A DNA stretch of 64,000 bases. It comes from Candidatus Latescibacterota bacterium (lineage in GTDB: Bacteria > Latescibacterota > UBA2968 > UBA8231). The stretch is from the NCBI GenBank assembly GCA_965217585.1, contig OZ244561.1, positions 5,344,001 through 5,408,000 on the forward strand, given 5' to 3'. A program made the position numbers and the translations under genes. Under the pieces are notes generated by a model, which did no database searches, had not been told where the DNA came from, and was given only the letters and a program-made list of their open reading frames with translations. Shown here piece after piece: positions 48,501 to 62,100 of the stretch (position 1 is the stretch's first letter; each line of letters opens with the position of its first letter).

Positions 48501-49765
48501 CCGTCGTCTTCGTCGCGTTGGCCAGATTCGAGCTCGCGCTCGAGGTGGAGCGCGTAGTTTTTGAGCTCGGACCGGTGCGTTTGCAGGTCTGGGCTGTTGT
48601 CGATATAGCGGTCGAGGGCGTCGCCTAAGCCGGCCTCCTCGCTGATTTCAGCACGGCGTTGACGCACTTCCGGGGCGAAGCGCGGCTGGATAAAGGCGAC
48701 GTGGAAGGCCGGTTCAAGTGCCTGCCGCACCTGTTGTAAGTCCACCGGCGTGGCGTAGCCTGCGGGCAGGTCGTAGAGGACGCGGACTACGGCGTCTGCC
48801 AGATCGGCCTCGGCGCAGGCCGCGACGAGGCGCTCGGTGGCGTCTTGGCCGTCGAGCACCTTCAGCTTGATGGTCGCAAAGCGCCGGGACGGGACGGGGA
48901 CGAACTCAAAAGTAGTCGCCTGGCCCCTCGGCGCAGTTGCGTCCTCTGCGATACGTACGAGGCAGAAGCCCTTGTCTTCGCCTTCCTCGCCAAAGTCGAT
49001 GCGCTCTAGGCTGCCCGAATAAATCACGGGCGGATGTTGGCCGGGGTTGAGGTCTTGATATTTGTGAATGTGCCCCAAGGCGACATAGTCGTAGGCGGGA
49101 TTGGCAAGGGTGCTGGTGAGCAAAACGGGGTCTTGGCCGATAATAGCGGTGCGTTCGCCCCCAGAATAGACGGCGTCGGCGGCAGCGAGGTGGGCGATGA
49201 GTACGCCCGGCAGCTCGGGGTCGAGCTGCCGGGCGTACTCATCGATCTGGGCTGCGCAGATCTTTTGAATCTCGACGCGGACTTCCTCTAGGGACAGGTC
49301 GCGGTATTCATCGCGGGTGAGTAGGGCATGGCGCGTTGGCCAGGGTAGGCCGGCCACTTGTACCGGGCCATTGGCCGTTTCGATCCGCAGAAGCTCCGGG
49401 CGGCGGATGACATGGGTGCCCTCTAGCTGTAGGGTGCTGAAAATATCGACCGAAGTAGCTTTGCCGAAAGCGCCCGGTGCGTCGTGGTTGCCGACCACCA
49501 GCACGATGGGGATGCGGGCCGCTTGCAGGCGCTGGAGCTGGCGGGCAAAGACGCGCTGGTGGGTCGGGGTCGGATCGCAATTTTTGTACATGTCGCCGGC
49601 GAAGAGGACCAAATCGACCGCCTTTTCAATGGCTAGGTCGAAGACTGCTTCTAGGCTGGCGGCAAAATCTCGAACCCGCGAATGCAGGCCAGAGCTTGGG
49701 TCGAGGCTGCCGTGGTTTTCGATGCCCAAATGCAGATCGGCAAAGTGCAGGAGTGTCAAGGCCAT
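48497..49765 (-). CDS. sbcD: SbcD/Mre11 nuclease
   Basis: HFADLHLG, FAGDMY, VGNHD, ALGHIH, YSGSLERIDFGE. Confidence 0.92.
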   Translation of the reverse strand: MALTLLHFADLHLGIENHGSLDPSSGLHSRVRDFAASLEAVFDLAIEKAVDLVLFAGDMYKNCDPTPTHQRVFARQLQRLQAARIPIVLVVGNHDAPGAFGKATSVDIFSTLQLEGTHVIRRPELLRIETANGPVQVAGLPWPTRHALLTRDEYRDLSLEEVRVEIQKICAAQIDEYARQLDPELPGVLIAHLAAADAVYSGGERTAIIGQDPVLLTSTLANPAYDYVALGHIHKYQDLNPGQHPPVIYSGSLERIDFGEEGEDKGFCLVRIAEDATAPRGQATTFEFVPVPSRRFATIKLKVLDGQDATERLVAACAEADLADAVVRVLYDLPAGYATPVDLQQVRQALEPAFHVAFIQPRFAPEVRQRRAEISEEAGLGDALDRYIDNSPDLQTHRSELKNYALHLERELESGQRDEDDG

Positions 49766-49857
49766 GAGACGCGCGAATGCGTTGTGTTTGGAAAGGGGGC
49801 GGCTCGGTCTGTAAATTTATTAAAAGGAGGGTGGCGAACTTGGGCAAGTCCCTTTGC

Positions 49858-49886
49858 TTGCACCTAGACATCGTTTTTAGTACATT
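49858..49886 (+). promoter_or_regulatory. Sigma70 promoter, probably the original greA promoter, now upstream of the IS
   Basis: TTGCAC-17 nt-TACATT; the -10 box lies within the target-site duplication. Confidence 0.6.
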
Positions 49887-49888
49887 AA

Positions 49889-51000
49889 CTGACGTTACGC
49901 ACCTGTATTTATCTTGGTATATTCCCCGTATGGACAAACACCTTTTAGAATTATATAGCGATTATCTGCTCAGTTCGTTTGGCGCGACGACGGCGACCGG
50001 CTTATCGGCACTGGTGGACGGGGCCTTAAGCCATGATCAAGTCACGCGCTTTCTGTCGGGTGCCGACTATGATGGCCGCACGCTGTGGCAGCAGATCAAG
50101 CCGATGGTACGCGAGATCGAGCAGGACGATGGGGTGCTGATCGTCCCCCCGCGTACGCGGGGGCAAGAAAAGCCGCATACGGATGAAAATGACCTGATCT
50201 GTTGGCATTATGATCACAGCCAAAACCGTTCGGTCAAGGGCCTCAACCTGCTCAACTGTGTGTATCATGCCAGCGGGGTGAGTCTGCCGGTGACGTATGA
50301 GTTGATCCGTAAACCCATTCTCTTTAGCGATGTGCAGACTCGTCAGGTCAAGCGCCGGAGTCTGCACACGAAAAATGAGTTGATGCGCCAGATGTTGCGC
50401 ACCTGGCAACATAATCAGCTCCCCTATCGCTACGTGCTGGCCGATAGCTGGTTTTCGGCCAAAGACAACTTAACCTTCATCCGCAAGACCCTCCACAAAC
50501 ACTTCGTCGTCGCCCTTAAATCCAATAGGACGGTCGCCTTGAGCTATGAACAGAAACGTCAAGGAGCCTTCGCACGCATCGACGCACAACCGTTGCCTGA
50601 ACATCAGCCGGTACTCGGCTGGATCAAAGGATTAGACTTTCCCGTCCTGTTGCTCCGGCAGGTCTTTACAAACCAGGATGGCAGCACCGGCACCTTGTAT
50701 CTGGCGTGTAGTGATCAAACGTGTGATGGAGCCACCATCGAAACAATCTACCAGAAACGGTGGAACGTGGAGACGTTTCATAAAACGCTCAAGTCGCATG
50801 CTGCCTTAGCCAAGTCGCCGACCAAGCGGGTACGCACCCAAAGCAACCACTGTTTTATGGCCCTGTATGCGGCCGGTCGCTTGGAGGGCCTGCGGATCAA
50901 GCACCGACTCAATCACTTCGCGCTGCGATCCCGACTCTATCTCAAGGCCATTCGATATGCCTTCGATGAACTACAAACGCTCAAAACTGCGTAACGTCAG
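49889..51000 (+). mobile_element. IS701-like insertion sequence, 1112 bp, 13-bp TIRs, 8-bp TSD
   Basis: TIRs CTGACGTTACGCA / TGCGTAACGTCAG; TACATTAA duplicated at 49881-49888 and 51001-51008. Confidence 0.9.
49930..50994 (+). CDS. DDE transposase (IS701-like), probably inactivated
   Basis: SHDQVTRFL, YVLADSWF, YQKRWNVETFHKTLK; the expected LIVDDT motif reads LIVPPRTRG; the stop codon lies in the right TIR. Confidence 0.85.
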   Translation: MDKHLLELYSDYLLSSFGATTATGLSALVDGALSHDQVTRFLSGADYDGRTLWQQIKPMVREIEQDDGVLIVPPRTRGQEKPHTDENDLICWHYDHSQNRSVKGLNLLNCVYHASGVSLPVTYELIRKPILFSDVQTRQVKRRSLHTKNELMRQMLRTWQHNQLPYRYVLADSWFSAKDNLTFIRKTLHKHFVVALKSNRTVALSYEQKRQGAFARIDAQPLPEHQPVLGWIKGLDFPVLLLRQVFTNQDGSTGTLYLACSDQTCDGATIETIYQKRWNVETFHKTLKSHAALAKSPTKRVRTQSNHCFMALYAAGRLEGLRIKHRLNHFALRSRLYLKAIRYAFDELQTLKTA

Positions 51001-51019
51001 TACATTAATTTACTTGAGT

Positions 51020-51051
51020 AGCGGAAGCGGTCAGCGCGCTTCCGCTTTTTG
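51020..51051 (+). terminator. Intrinsic terminator in the greA leader
   Basis: AGCGGAAGCG-loop-CGCTTCCGCT followed by TTTTG. Confidence 0.8.
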
Positions 51052-51094
51052 TGTTAAGTAGCACATGTTGTTCTCTCCTGCTTGAGGCTTGGTA

Positions 51095-51565
51095 ATGAGT
51101 GAAGTATATCTTTCGCGAGAAGGCTACGAAAAACTTCAGGTCGAGTTGAAAGGACTCAAGGAGACCGAACGCCCGGCAGTGCGCCAAGCGCTGCAGCGAG
51201 CGCGGGAGTTTGGCGACCTGTCCGAGAACGCCGAGTATTCAGCAGCTAAAGAAAGGTTGCTCTTCCTAGAGCAGCGCATCGGCAAGCTCGAAGAGACACT
51301 CAGCCGGGCCCGCCTGCTAGAAAACGAGGCGATCCCAGAAGACAAGGTCTATATCGGTGCCACCGTAGAGCTAGAGGACCTCGCGAAGGCGCGGCAGCTC
51401 ACGTACACACTAGTCGCACCCGAGGAAGCGGATTTTGAGGCGGGGAAAATTTCCACGGTTTCGCCGATAGGCAGGGGGTTACTAGGGCACGAAGAAGGAG
51501 AAGAAATCGAGATTGAAGTGCCCGTTGGCAAGCTGCACTACAGGATTGTCAAGATCACGCGCTGA
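51095..51565 (+). CDS. greA: Transcription elongation factor GreA
   Basis: AREFGDLSENAEYSAAKE, ISTVSPIGRGLLG. Confidence 0.96.
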   Translation: MSEVYLSREGYEKLQVELKGLKETERPAVRQALQRAREFGDLSENAEYSAAKERLLFLEQRIGKLEETLSRARLLENEAIPEDKVYIGATVELEDLAKARQLTYTLVAPEEADFEAGKISTVSPIGRGLLGHEEGEEIEIEVPVGKLHYRIVKITR

Positions 51566-51587
51566 GCGCAGTGCCAGTTTACTTGAC

Positions 51588-51630
51588 GGCTCCCGGAAAG
51601 GTCTGCGCCTCTCCGGGAGTTTCGCGTTTT
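51588..51630 (+). terminator. Probable terminator after greA
   Basis: GCTCCCGGA...TCCGGGAGT stem followed by TTCGCGTTTT. Confidence 0.5.
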
Positions 51631-51649
51631 GGGTTCGCGCCGGGTCTTC

Positions 51650-51678
51650 TTGACATATTAAAAAAGCTGTTGTATATT
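51650..51678 (+). promoter_or_regulatory. Sigma70 promoter of the tRNA-rpmG-secE cluster
   Basis: TTGACA-17 nt-TATATT. Confidence 0.8.
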
Positions 51679-51717
51679 ATGTCTTCTATAAATTAAACGG
51701 GCATTAATCCGGCTCGA

Positions 51718-51794
51718 GCGGGAATAGCTCAGTTGGCTAGAGCGCGAGCCTTCCAAGCTCGGGGTCGCGGGTTCGAGTCCCGTTTCCCGCTCCA
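51718..51794 (+). tRNA. tRNA-Gly(TCC)
   Basis: Cloverleaf with anticodon loop CTTCCAA, GGTTCGAGTCC and encoded CCA. Confidence 0.96.
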
Positions 51795-51813
51795 GATAGC
51801 CAAAACAATTGCA

Positions 51814-51889
<76 letters not shown>

Positions 51890-51926
51890 CTTTCCTAGTG
51901 CTTCCATCTAAACACGGCAAGTTCTG

Positions 51927-52079
51927 ATGCCAAGAGATCAAATAACGCTGGAATGCGAAGTATGCAGTCAGCAAAATTACACTACGACCAAAAATAGACG
52001 AAGCCAGCCAAGCCGCGTGGAGTACAAAAAATATTGCCGCTTTTGCCACAAGCACACGGCCCACAAGGAAGCCCGCTAG
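51927..52079 (+). CDS. rpmG: 50S ribosomal protein L33 (zinc-ribbon C+ type)
   Basis: Hand translation [50 protein letters not shown]; not in the ORF track. Confidence 0.95.
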   Translation: MPRDQITLECEVCSQQNYTTTKNRRSQPSRVEYKKYCRFCHKHTAHKEAR

Positions 52080-52083
52080 GCAT

Positions 52084-52159
52084 AGGGCAGTAGCTCAATT
52101 GGTAGAGCTCCGGTCTCCAAAACCGGCGGTTGCAGGTTCAAGTCCTGTCTGCCCTGCCA
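52084..52159 (+). tRNA. tRNA-Trp(CCA)
   Basis: Anticodon loop CTCCAAA, encoded CCA, canonical position before secE. Confidence 0.96.
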
Positions 52160-52181
52160 GGCTTCTGTATTAGGGAACGGG

Positions 52182-52370
52182 ATGTGGAATAAACTTACTA
52201 ATTTCGTCAAAGATGTGCGGACCGAATTCTCCAAAGTGAGTTGGCCCACTCGCGAGGATTTGGTCAGTTCCACAGGAGTAGTATTAGCCTTTTCGGCGAT
52301 CTTTGCGGTTTTTATCGGCATGTTCGACCTGATTATCTCCTTTGTTTGGGGAATGCTTCTAGGACAGTAA
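52182..52370 (+). CDS. secE: Preprotein translocase subunit SecE
   Basis: EFSKVSWPTREDL motif plus one TM helix; synteny. Confidence 0.95.
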   Translation: MWNKLTNFVKDVRTEFSKVSWPTREDLVSSTGVVLAFSAIFAVFIGMFDLIISFVWGMLLGQ

Positions 52371-52469
52371 CTCCCGCTAGGGCCTATCTAAGGGAAGCGG
52401 CGCATAGCATGCACCGCTTCTTTTCCTTGTTTACGCTCGGCAAACGGGAGCTAACACCGGATTGAAGTC

Positions 52470-53015
52470 ATGGCACAGCGCTGGTACGCTCTTCATACGT
52501 ATTCGGGGCACGAAAATAAAGTAAAGACCTATTTGGAGTTGCTCATTGAGTCGGGGGCTGCCAGCGGTGCAATTGCTCAGGTCGTTGTGCCGACCGAGGA
52601 AGTGGTTGAACTCCGCGCCGGCAAGAAAACCAAGACTAGGAAGCGGTTTTTGCCTAGTTATGTGCTGGTGGAAATGGAAATGTCCAAGGACGCTTGGTAC
52701 CAGGTGACCAACATTCCCGGGGTGACTAACTTCGTCGGCCCAGCGCGCAAGCCACAACCGCTGCGGCAGGAGGAAATCGACCGCATCTTGGGGCACGTTG
52801 ACCGCCGCAAAGACCAAGATGTCGAAGAGATTCCCTTTGCCGTCGATGATCAAGTCAAGGTCAACGACGGCGCGTTCAAGGATTTTATCGGCACCGTGCA
52901 GGAGGTGCTGCCAGAGAAGCGGAGATTAAAAATTATGGTGAGCATCTTCGGGCGCGGTACATCAGTGGAATTGGACGTGTTGCAGGTCGAGCCAGTCCAA
53001 GAGGCGGTTGGCTGA
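52470..53015 (+). CDS. nusG: Transcription termination/antitermination factor NusG
   Basis: WYALHTYSGHENKV, KOW domain, VSIFGR. Confidence 0.97.
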   Translation: MAQRWYALHTYSGHENKVKTYLELLIESGAASGAIAQVVVPTEEVVELRAGKKTKTRKRFLPSYVLVEMEMSKDAWYQVTNIPGVTNFVGPARKPQPLRQEEIDRILGHVDRRKDQDVEEIPFAVDDQVKVNDGAFKDFIGTVQEVLPEKRRLKIMVSIFGRGTSVELDVLQVEPVQEAVG

Positions 53016-53035
53016 TTTTCAGAGGGATTAAATAA

Positions 53036-53458
53036 ATGGCTAAAAAGGAAATAGCCCAAATCAAATTGCAGGTTCCGGCCGGTCAGGCGAATCCGACGCC
53101 GCCCGTTGGGCCGGCACTGGGTCAACACGGCGTCAATATCATGGAATTCTGCAAGACCTTCAATGCCCAGACCCAAGACCAGCAGGGGTTAATCATTCCC
53201 GTAATCATTACGGTGTACGCTGACCGCACGTTTTCGTTTATCACCAAGACGCCGCCGGCTGCGGTACTGTTGTTGCGGGCTGCTGGGCAACCCAAGGGGT
53301 CGGGCGTGCCCAACAGGGACCACATCGGCGTTGTATCTGAGGACCAAGTGCGCGAAATCGCCGAATTGAAAATGCCCGATTTGAACGCTGCCTCAATGGA
53401 AGCCGCGATGTCGATGATCGCGGGGACGGCCCGCAGCATGGGGCTCTTGATTGAGTAG
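53036..53458 (+). CDS. rplK: 50S ribosomal protein L11
   Basis: [19 protein letters not shown]. Confidence 0.98.
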   Translation: MAKKEIAQIKLQVPAGQANPTPPVGPALGQHGVNIMEFCKTFNAQTQDQQGLIIPVIITVYADRTFSFITKTPPAAVLLLRAAGQPKGSGVPNRDHIGVVSEDQVREIAELKMPDLNAASMEAAMSMIAGTARSMGLLIE

Positions 53459-53495
53459 TTGCTTCGCATCACAACCCTCATAAGAGGTTTAAAAT

Positions 53496-54194
53496 ATGGC
53501 CAGAGGAAAAAAATACAGGAACGCCTTGGCGTCTTTCGACCGCGACAGGGCCTATTCGTGGGAAGAGGGGATCAATATCCTCAGGGGATTCCCAGCCTAT
53601 AACTACGACCCGACCATCGAGCTTTCTTGCAACCTAGGGATCGATGGCCGACAGGCCGACCAAGCGCTGCGTGGCACGGTGATGTTGCCCCACGGCACCG
53701 GGAAGGAACTCCGGGTCTTAGTCATTACCCAAGGACCGCTAGTGCAGGAGGCCCAAGACGCTGGGGCCGATTTCGTTGGCGGGGCCGATATGGCCGAGAA
53801 AATCCAGGGCGGTTGGCTCGATTTCGACTTGGTCATCGCCTCTCCAGATATGATGGGGCAAGTGGGTAAGCTGGGAAGGATCTTAGGGCCGCGGGGCCTG
53901 ATGCCCAATCCCAAGACCGGCACGGTAACGCGCGAAGTGGCCCAAGCCGTTCGCGAGGCCAAGGCCGGCCGCGTTGAATACCGCGCCGACAGCAAATCCG
54001 GCAACAACGCCCAAGGCCCCATCGGCAAGCTGTCCTTTACCGATCATGCACTGATCGAAAACGCCCAAGCGTTTACTGACGCCATTTTGCGTGCCAAGCC
54101 GGCCGCGGCGAAAGGGCAGTACATCCGCAAGTTAGTCCTCTCGTCGGTAATCGGGCCGGGCATCAAGATCGACCGCGCCCAGTTCGCTGAGTAA
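53496..54194 (+). CDS. rplA: 50S ribosomal protein L1
   Basis: LGPRGLMPNPKTGTVT. Confidence 0.98.
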   Translation: MARGKKYRNALASFDRDRAYSWEEGINILRGFPAYNYDPTIELSCNLGIDGRQADQALRGTVMLPHGTGKELRVLVITQGPLVQEAQDAGADFVGGADMAEKIQGGWLDFDLVIASPDMMGQVGKLGRILGPRGLMPNPKTGTVTREVAQAVREAKAGRVEYRADSKSGNNAQGPIGKLSFTDHALIENAQAFTDAILRAKPAAAKGQYIRKLVLSSVIGPGIKIDRAQFAE

Positions 54195-54209
54195 AGAAAG
54201 CTCTGTACT

Positions 54210-54743
54210 ATGGCGACGGTAGAGAAAGAAGCAAAAGTAGAAGAATTGAAGGCCATTATGGCCGAGGCCAAGGGCTTTTATTTGGCTGATTTTACGGGTA
54301 TTGACGTAGCCGCGGTGACCGAGCTACGCAATAAGCTGCGCGATGCCGACGTCCAATACCAAGTGATCAAAAATCGCTTGGCCATTCGCGCGGCCGAGGA
54401 AGTAGGCATCGCCGGCCTCAAAGAGTATTTCACCGGGCCTACGGCCATGGCCTACTCAATAGAAGATCCCATCGCACCGGCCAAAATTCTGCAAGACTTC
54501 GTCGCCGATGGCGGGAAAATTCAGATCAAGACCGGCTTTATGGAAGGCGAGGTCCTCGCCGCCGACAAAGTCGAGGCGTTGGCCAAGCTGCCCTCTAAGG
54601 AAGAATTGCTAGGCAGGGTAGCTGCCGGCGTCCAGAGCCCGCTCTACGGGCTGAGCGGCGTCTTGAGTGGGTTGCTCAGAGGCTTGGTCGGCGCGTTGTC
54701 GGCCATCGAAAAGCAACGGGGAGAAGGCGGGGAAAACGCCTGA
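54210..54743 (+). CDS. rplJ: 50S ribosomal protein L10
   Basis: [21 protein letters not shown]; synteny. Confidence 0.96.
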   Translation: MATVEKEAKVEELKAIMAEAKGFYLADFTGIDVAAVTELRNKLRDADVQYQVIKNRLAIRAAEEVGIAGLKEYFTGPTAMAYSIEDPIAPAKILQDFVADGGKIQIKTGFMEGEVLAADKVEALAKLPSKEELLGRVAAGVQSPLYGLSGVLSGLLRGLVGALSAIEKQRGEGGENA

Positions 54744-54802
54744 TTCCCACTCGTTCCTTATTCAATAAAACTCAAATACGGATATACAGGAGGCTGTATC
54801 CC

Positions 54803-55210
54803 ATGACCGAAGAAACCACTGCCACCGCCGCCAACGGCAAGATAGGCGAAATCATTGAGACCATCGGCGGCCTGACCGTCCTAGAGCTGGCCAAGCTGGT
54901 TAAAGCCCTTGAAGACAAGTTCGGAGTGTCAGCCGCAGCACCGGTGATGATGGCCGGCGTGATGCCCGGCGATGGCGGCGAAGAAGCTGCCGAGGAGAAG
55001 GATTCTTTTAATGTCGTGCTCACCAATGTCGGCGAGAAAAAGATCCAAGTCATCAAGGTCGTCCGCGAGATCACCAGCCTAGGGCTGAAAGAGGCCAAAG
55101 CTCTCGTCGACGAGGCTCCCAAGCCCGTCAAGGAAGGAGCGACCAAGGAAGAAGCCGAAGAAATCCAGAGCCGGTTGCAGGACGCCGGGGCCACGGTAGA
55201 ACTCCAATAG
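54803..55210 (+). CDS. rplL: 50S ribosomal protein L7/L12
   Basis: [30 protein letters not shown]. Confidence 0.98.
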   Translation: MTEETTATAANGKIGEIIETIGGLTVLELAKLVKALEDKFGVSAAAPVMMAGVMPGDGGEEAAEEKDSFNVVLTNVGEKKIQVIKVVREITSLGLKEAKALVDEAPKPVKEGATKEEAEEIQSRLQDAGATVELQ

Positions 55211-55267
55211 GGAACTGCTGCGGATACAGTAGTTCATCTATTCATACCTGCTTTTCTGCAGCACGCA

Positions 55268-55299
55268 CTCATGGAGCTATTGGTTGATAGCTCCATGAG
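55268..55299 (+). promoter_or_regulatory. Stem-loop between rplL and rpoB (attenuator or processing-site candidate)
   Basis: CTCATGGAGCTAT-TGGTTG-ATAGCTCCATGAG, a perfect 13-bp stem. Confidence 0.55.
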
Positions 55300-55334
55300 C
55301 ATTTGCCTTAAACCACCAATTGAGGAGTTGGACT

Positions 55335-59114
<3,780 letters not shown>

Positions 59115-59146
59115 ATCGCAGAGCATTCGCATAAAGCGCAAAGGGG

Positions 59147-62100
59147 GTGCCAGTGTTACAGATTGCCAATGCATCGCGCAAACCGACTGATTTCGATTCC
59201 ATTCGCATTCAGCTCGCTTCTCCTGAGACCATTCGCGCTTGGTCTCAAGGTGAGGTCACCAAACCCGAGACGATCAACTACCGCTCCTTCAAACCGGAGC
59301 GCGACGGGTTGTTCTGCGAACGCATTTTTGGTCCGGTCAAGGACTGGAACTGCCACTGCGGCAAGTATAAAGGCATCCGCTATCGAGGCGTAGTATGCGA
59401 CCGTTGTGGCGTCGAGGTCACACAGGTCAAGGTTCGTCGCGAGCGTCTTGGGCACATCGAGTTGGCCGTACAGGTCTCCCATATCTGGTATTTTAAGTCG
59501 CTGCCTTCGCGCATCGGTGCTCTACTCGACATCTCGATGCGCAACCTCGAGCGCATCCTCTATTACGAGTCCTATGTCGTCATCGATCCGCGGGGTGCAC
59601 CTGTGGAGAAGTTGCAGCTTTTGACTGAGGAGGAGCTCTTTGAGGTAGAGGAAGAGGGTGGCGATCCCGATGTTGATATGGGAGCACCAGCGGTCAGGCG
59701 ACTCTTAGAGCAGATCGATATCGAAGAGCTCTCGGCCGAATTGCGAACCTTGGTCAGGATGGAGAGTTCGATCCAGCGCAAGCAAGAGGCGCTCAAGCGG
59801 CTCAAGGTCGTCGAGGCCTTCCGCCAGTCCGAAAACCGGCCCGAGTGGATGATTCTCGACAACATCCCAGTCATTCCGCCGGATCTGCGTCCCTTGGTGC
59901 CCCTAGAGGGCGGTCGCTTTGCCACTTCCGACCTCAACGACCTCTACCGCCGAGTCATTAACCGTAACAACCGCTTGAAGAAGCTAATCAACATCAAGGC
60001 TCCCGAGGTCATTCTGCGCAACGAGAAGAGGATGCTCCAAGAAGCCGTTGACGCCCTCTTCGACAACGGGCGTCGCTCGCGGGCTGTACGCGGTGACGGC
60101 AATCGCTCGCTCAAGTCACTCAGCGATTTGCTCAAGGGTAAGCAGGGCCGTTTTCGCCAAAACTTGCTGGGCAAGCGCGTCGACTATTCGGGCCGTTCAG
60201 TCATCGTCGTCGGTCCAGAACTCAAATTGTACCAGTGTGGCCTGCCCAAGGGCATGGCACTAGAGCTGTTTAAGCCATTTGTGATCAAAAAATTAGAAGA
60301 AAAAGGGCTGGTGCAAACCGTCAAAAGCGCCAAGAAGTTGGTCGAGCGCGAGCGCTCGGAGGTCTGGGACATTCTCGAGGAGATCATTCGCGACCACTGC
60401 GTATTGCTCAATCGGGCGCCGACGTTGCACAAGTTGGGCATTCAGGCTTTTCAGCCCATTCTCGTCGAGGGTAAGGCCATTCGCCTACACCCGCTGGTCT
60501 GCGCCGCCTTTAACGCCGACTTCGACGGCGACCAGATGGCTGTGCATGTCCCGCTCTCGTTCGAGTCCCAGATCGAGGCGCGGCTCCTAATGCTCTCTAC
60601 CAACAACATCCTCAAACCGGCCGATGGCGAGCCGGTGATTATGGACAATCCTCAGGATATCGTACTCGGCAGTTATTACCTGACCAAGGTGCGCTTTAGC
60701 GAAGCCGGTGGAGTCGAGCGCAGCTTTGCCAATAAGACCGAGGCGGTTGCGGCCTTTGAATCGGGCCGCATTACCTTGCACCAGCCGATCGTGGTGCGCA
60801 TCGATGGCGAGATGGTGAATACGACCGTCGGTCGCTTGCTCTTCAACGAGGTGCTCCCGGAGGAAATCGGCTTCATTAACCGCACGGTTGACAAGGGCGA
60901 TATCAAGAAGATCACCTCTAAGGTGCATCGCCTACTGGGCAACAGACGCACGGCCGAGTTCGTCGATCAGCTCAAAAACGTGGGCTATCACTATGCGACG
61001 CTGGCAGGAGTATCCATTGCCGTTGACGACGTAGTCGTACCCGATAGTAAAACCAAGCTCATTGACGGGGCGCTCAAGGAAGTGGAGAAAGTCCGTGATC
61101 AGTACGCCAATGGCATCATCACCGATGGCGAGCGCTATAACAAGATCATAGACATCTGGATGCATTCCACTGAAGTGGTCTCGCGCGCTGTGCAGAACGC
61201 GCTCGAGGAAGCCGAAGAGGGCTTTAACTCGGTTTACATTATGAAGGATTCCGGCGCACGCGGCAGCGGGGATCAGATTAAACAGCTAGGCGGCATGCGT
61301 GGCCTGATGAACAAGCCGCAGAAAAAGTTGACCGGTGCCGTCGGCGAAATTATCGAAACGCCGATTATCGCCTCTTTCAAAGAGGGGCTGTCGGTACTCG
61401 AGTACTTCATCTCGACTCACGGGGCGCGCAAAGGCTTGGCCGATACGGCCCTGAAGACGGCCGAAGCCGGGTATCTGACTCGTCGGATGGTCGATGTGGC
61501 CCAAGATGTGGTAATCAGCGAGAATGACTGCATGACTAGCCAGGGGCTGAAGACCGGCGCTCTCAAGGACGGAGAGGAGGTAATCGAGCCGCTAGCCGAC
61601 CGCATTGTCGGCCGCGTGTTGCAGGAGGATGCCCTCGACGCCGACGGCAATGTGGTAGCCCAAGCGGGCGTTCTCTTGGAAGAGGAAGACGCCAATCGCA
61701 TTGCCCAAGTCGGCATTGAAGAAGTGCTCATCCGCTCGGTGCTTACATGCGAGTCCGAGCGCGGCGTGTGCATCAAGTGCTACGGGCGCAACATGGCTAC
61801 TGGCCGCGAGGTCAATGTGGGCGAGGCGGTTGGGGTCGTGGCCGCGCAGAGCATTGGCGAGCCAGGTACTCAGCTAACGCTGCGAACTTTTCACATCGGC
61901 GGTACGGCTAGCCGCATTGCCGAACAGTCGCAGATCACCGCTCGCCGGACCGGCCGCGTCCAATTTTCCAATGTCGATACGGTACAAAATCCGACAGCCG
62001 GCGTCACGGTCGTCGGACGCAACGGTGAAATCGAGTTGCTCGACGAACAGAATCGAGTGCGGGTGCGGCAAATCGCTCCTTATGGCGCGGTGCTCAAGGT

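Noticed and set aside
49777-49929. N-terminal extension of the transposase ORF
   Set aside because: It begins outside the left TIR; ATG 49930 is the plausible start
50146-50163. CRISPR repeat (resembles the CCCCGC..GCGGGG core of type I-E repeats)
   Set aside because: It is a single copy with no spacers and no cas genes; no CRISPR array was seen anywhere in the window
55320-55334. rpoB start at TTG 55320
   Set aside because: This stretch contains the SD (GAGGAG); TTG 55335 has the proper spacing
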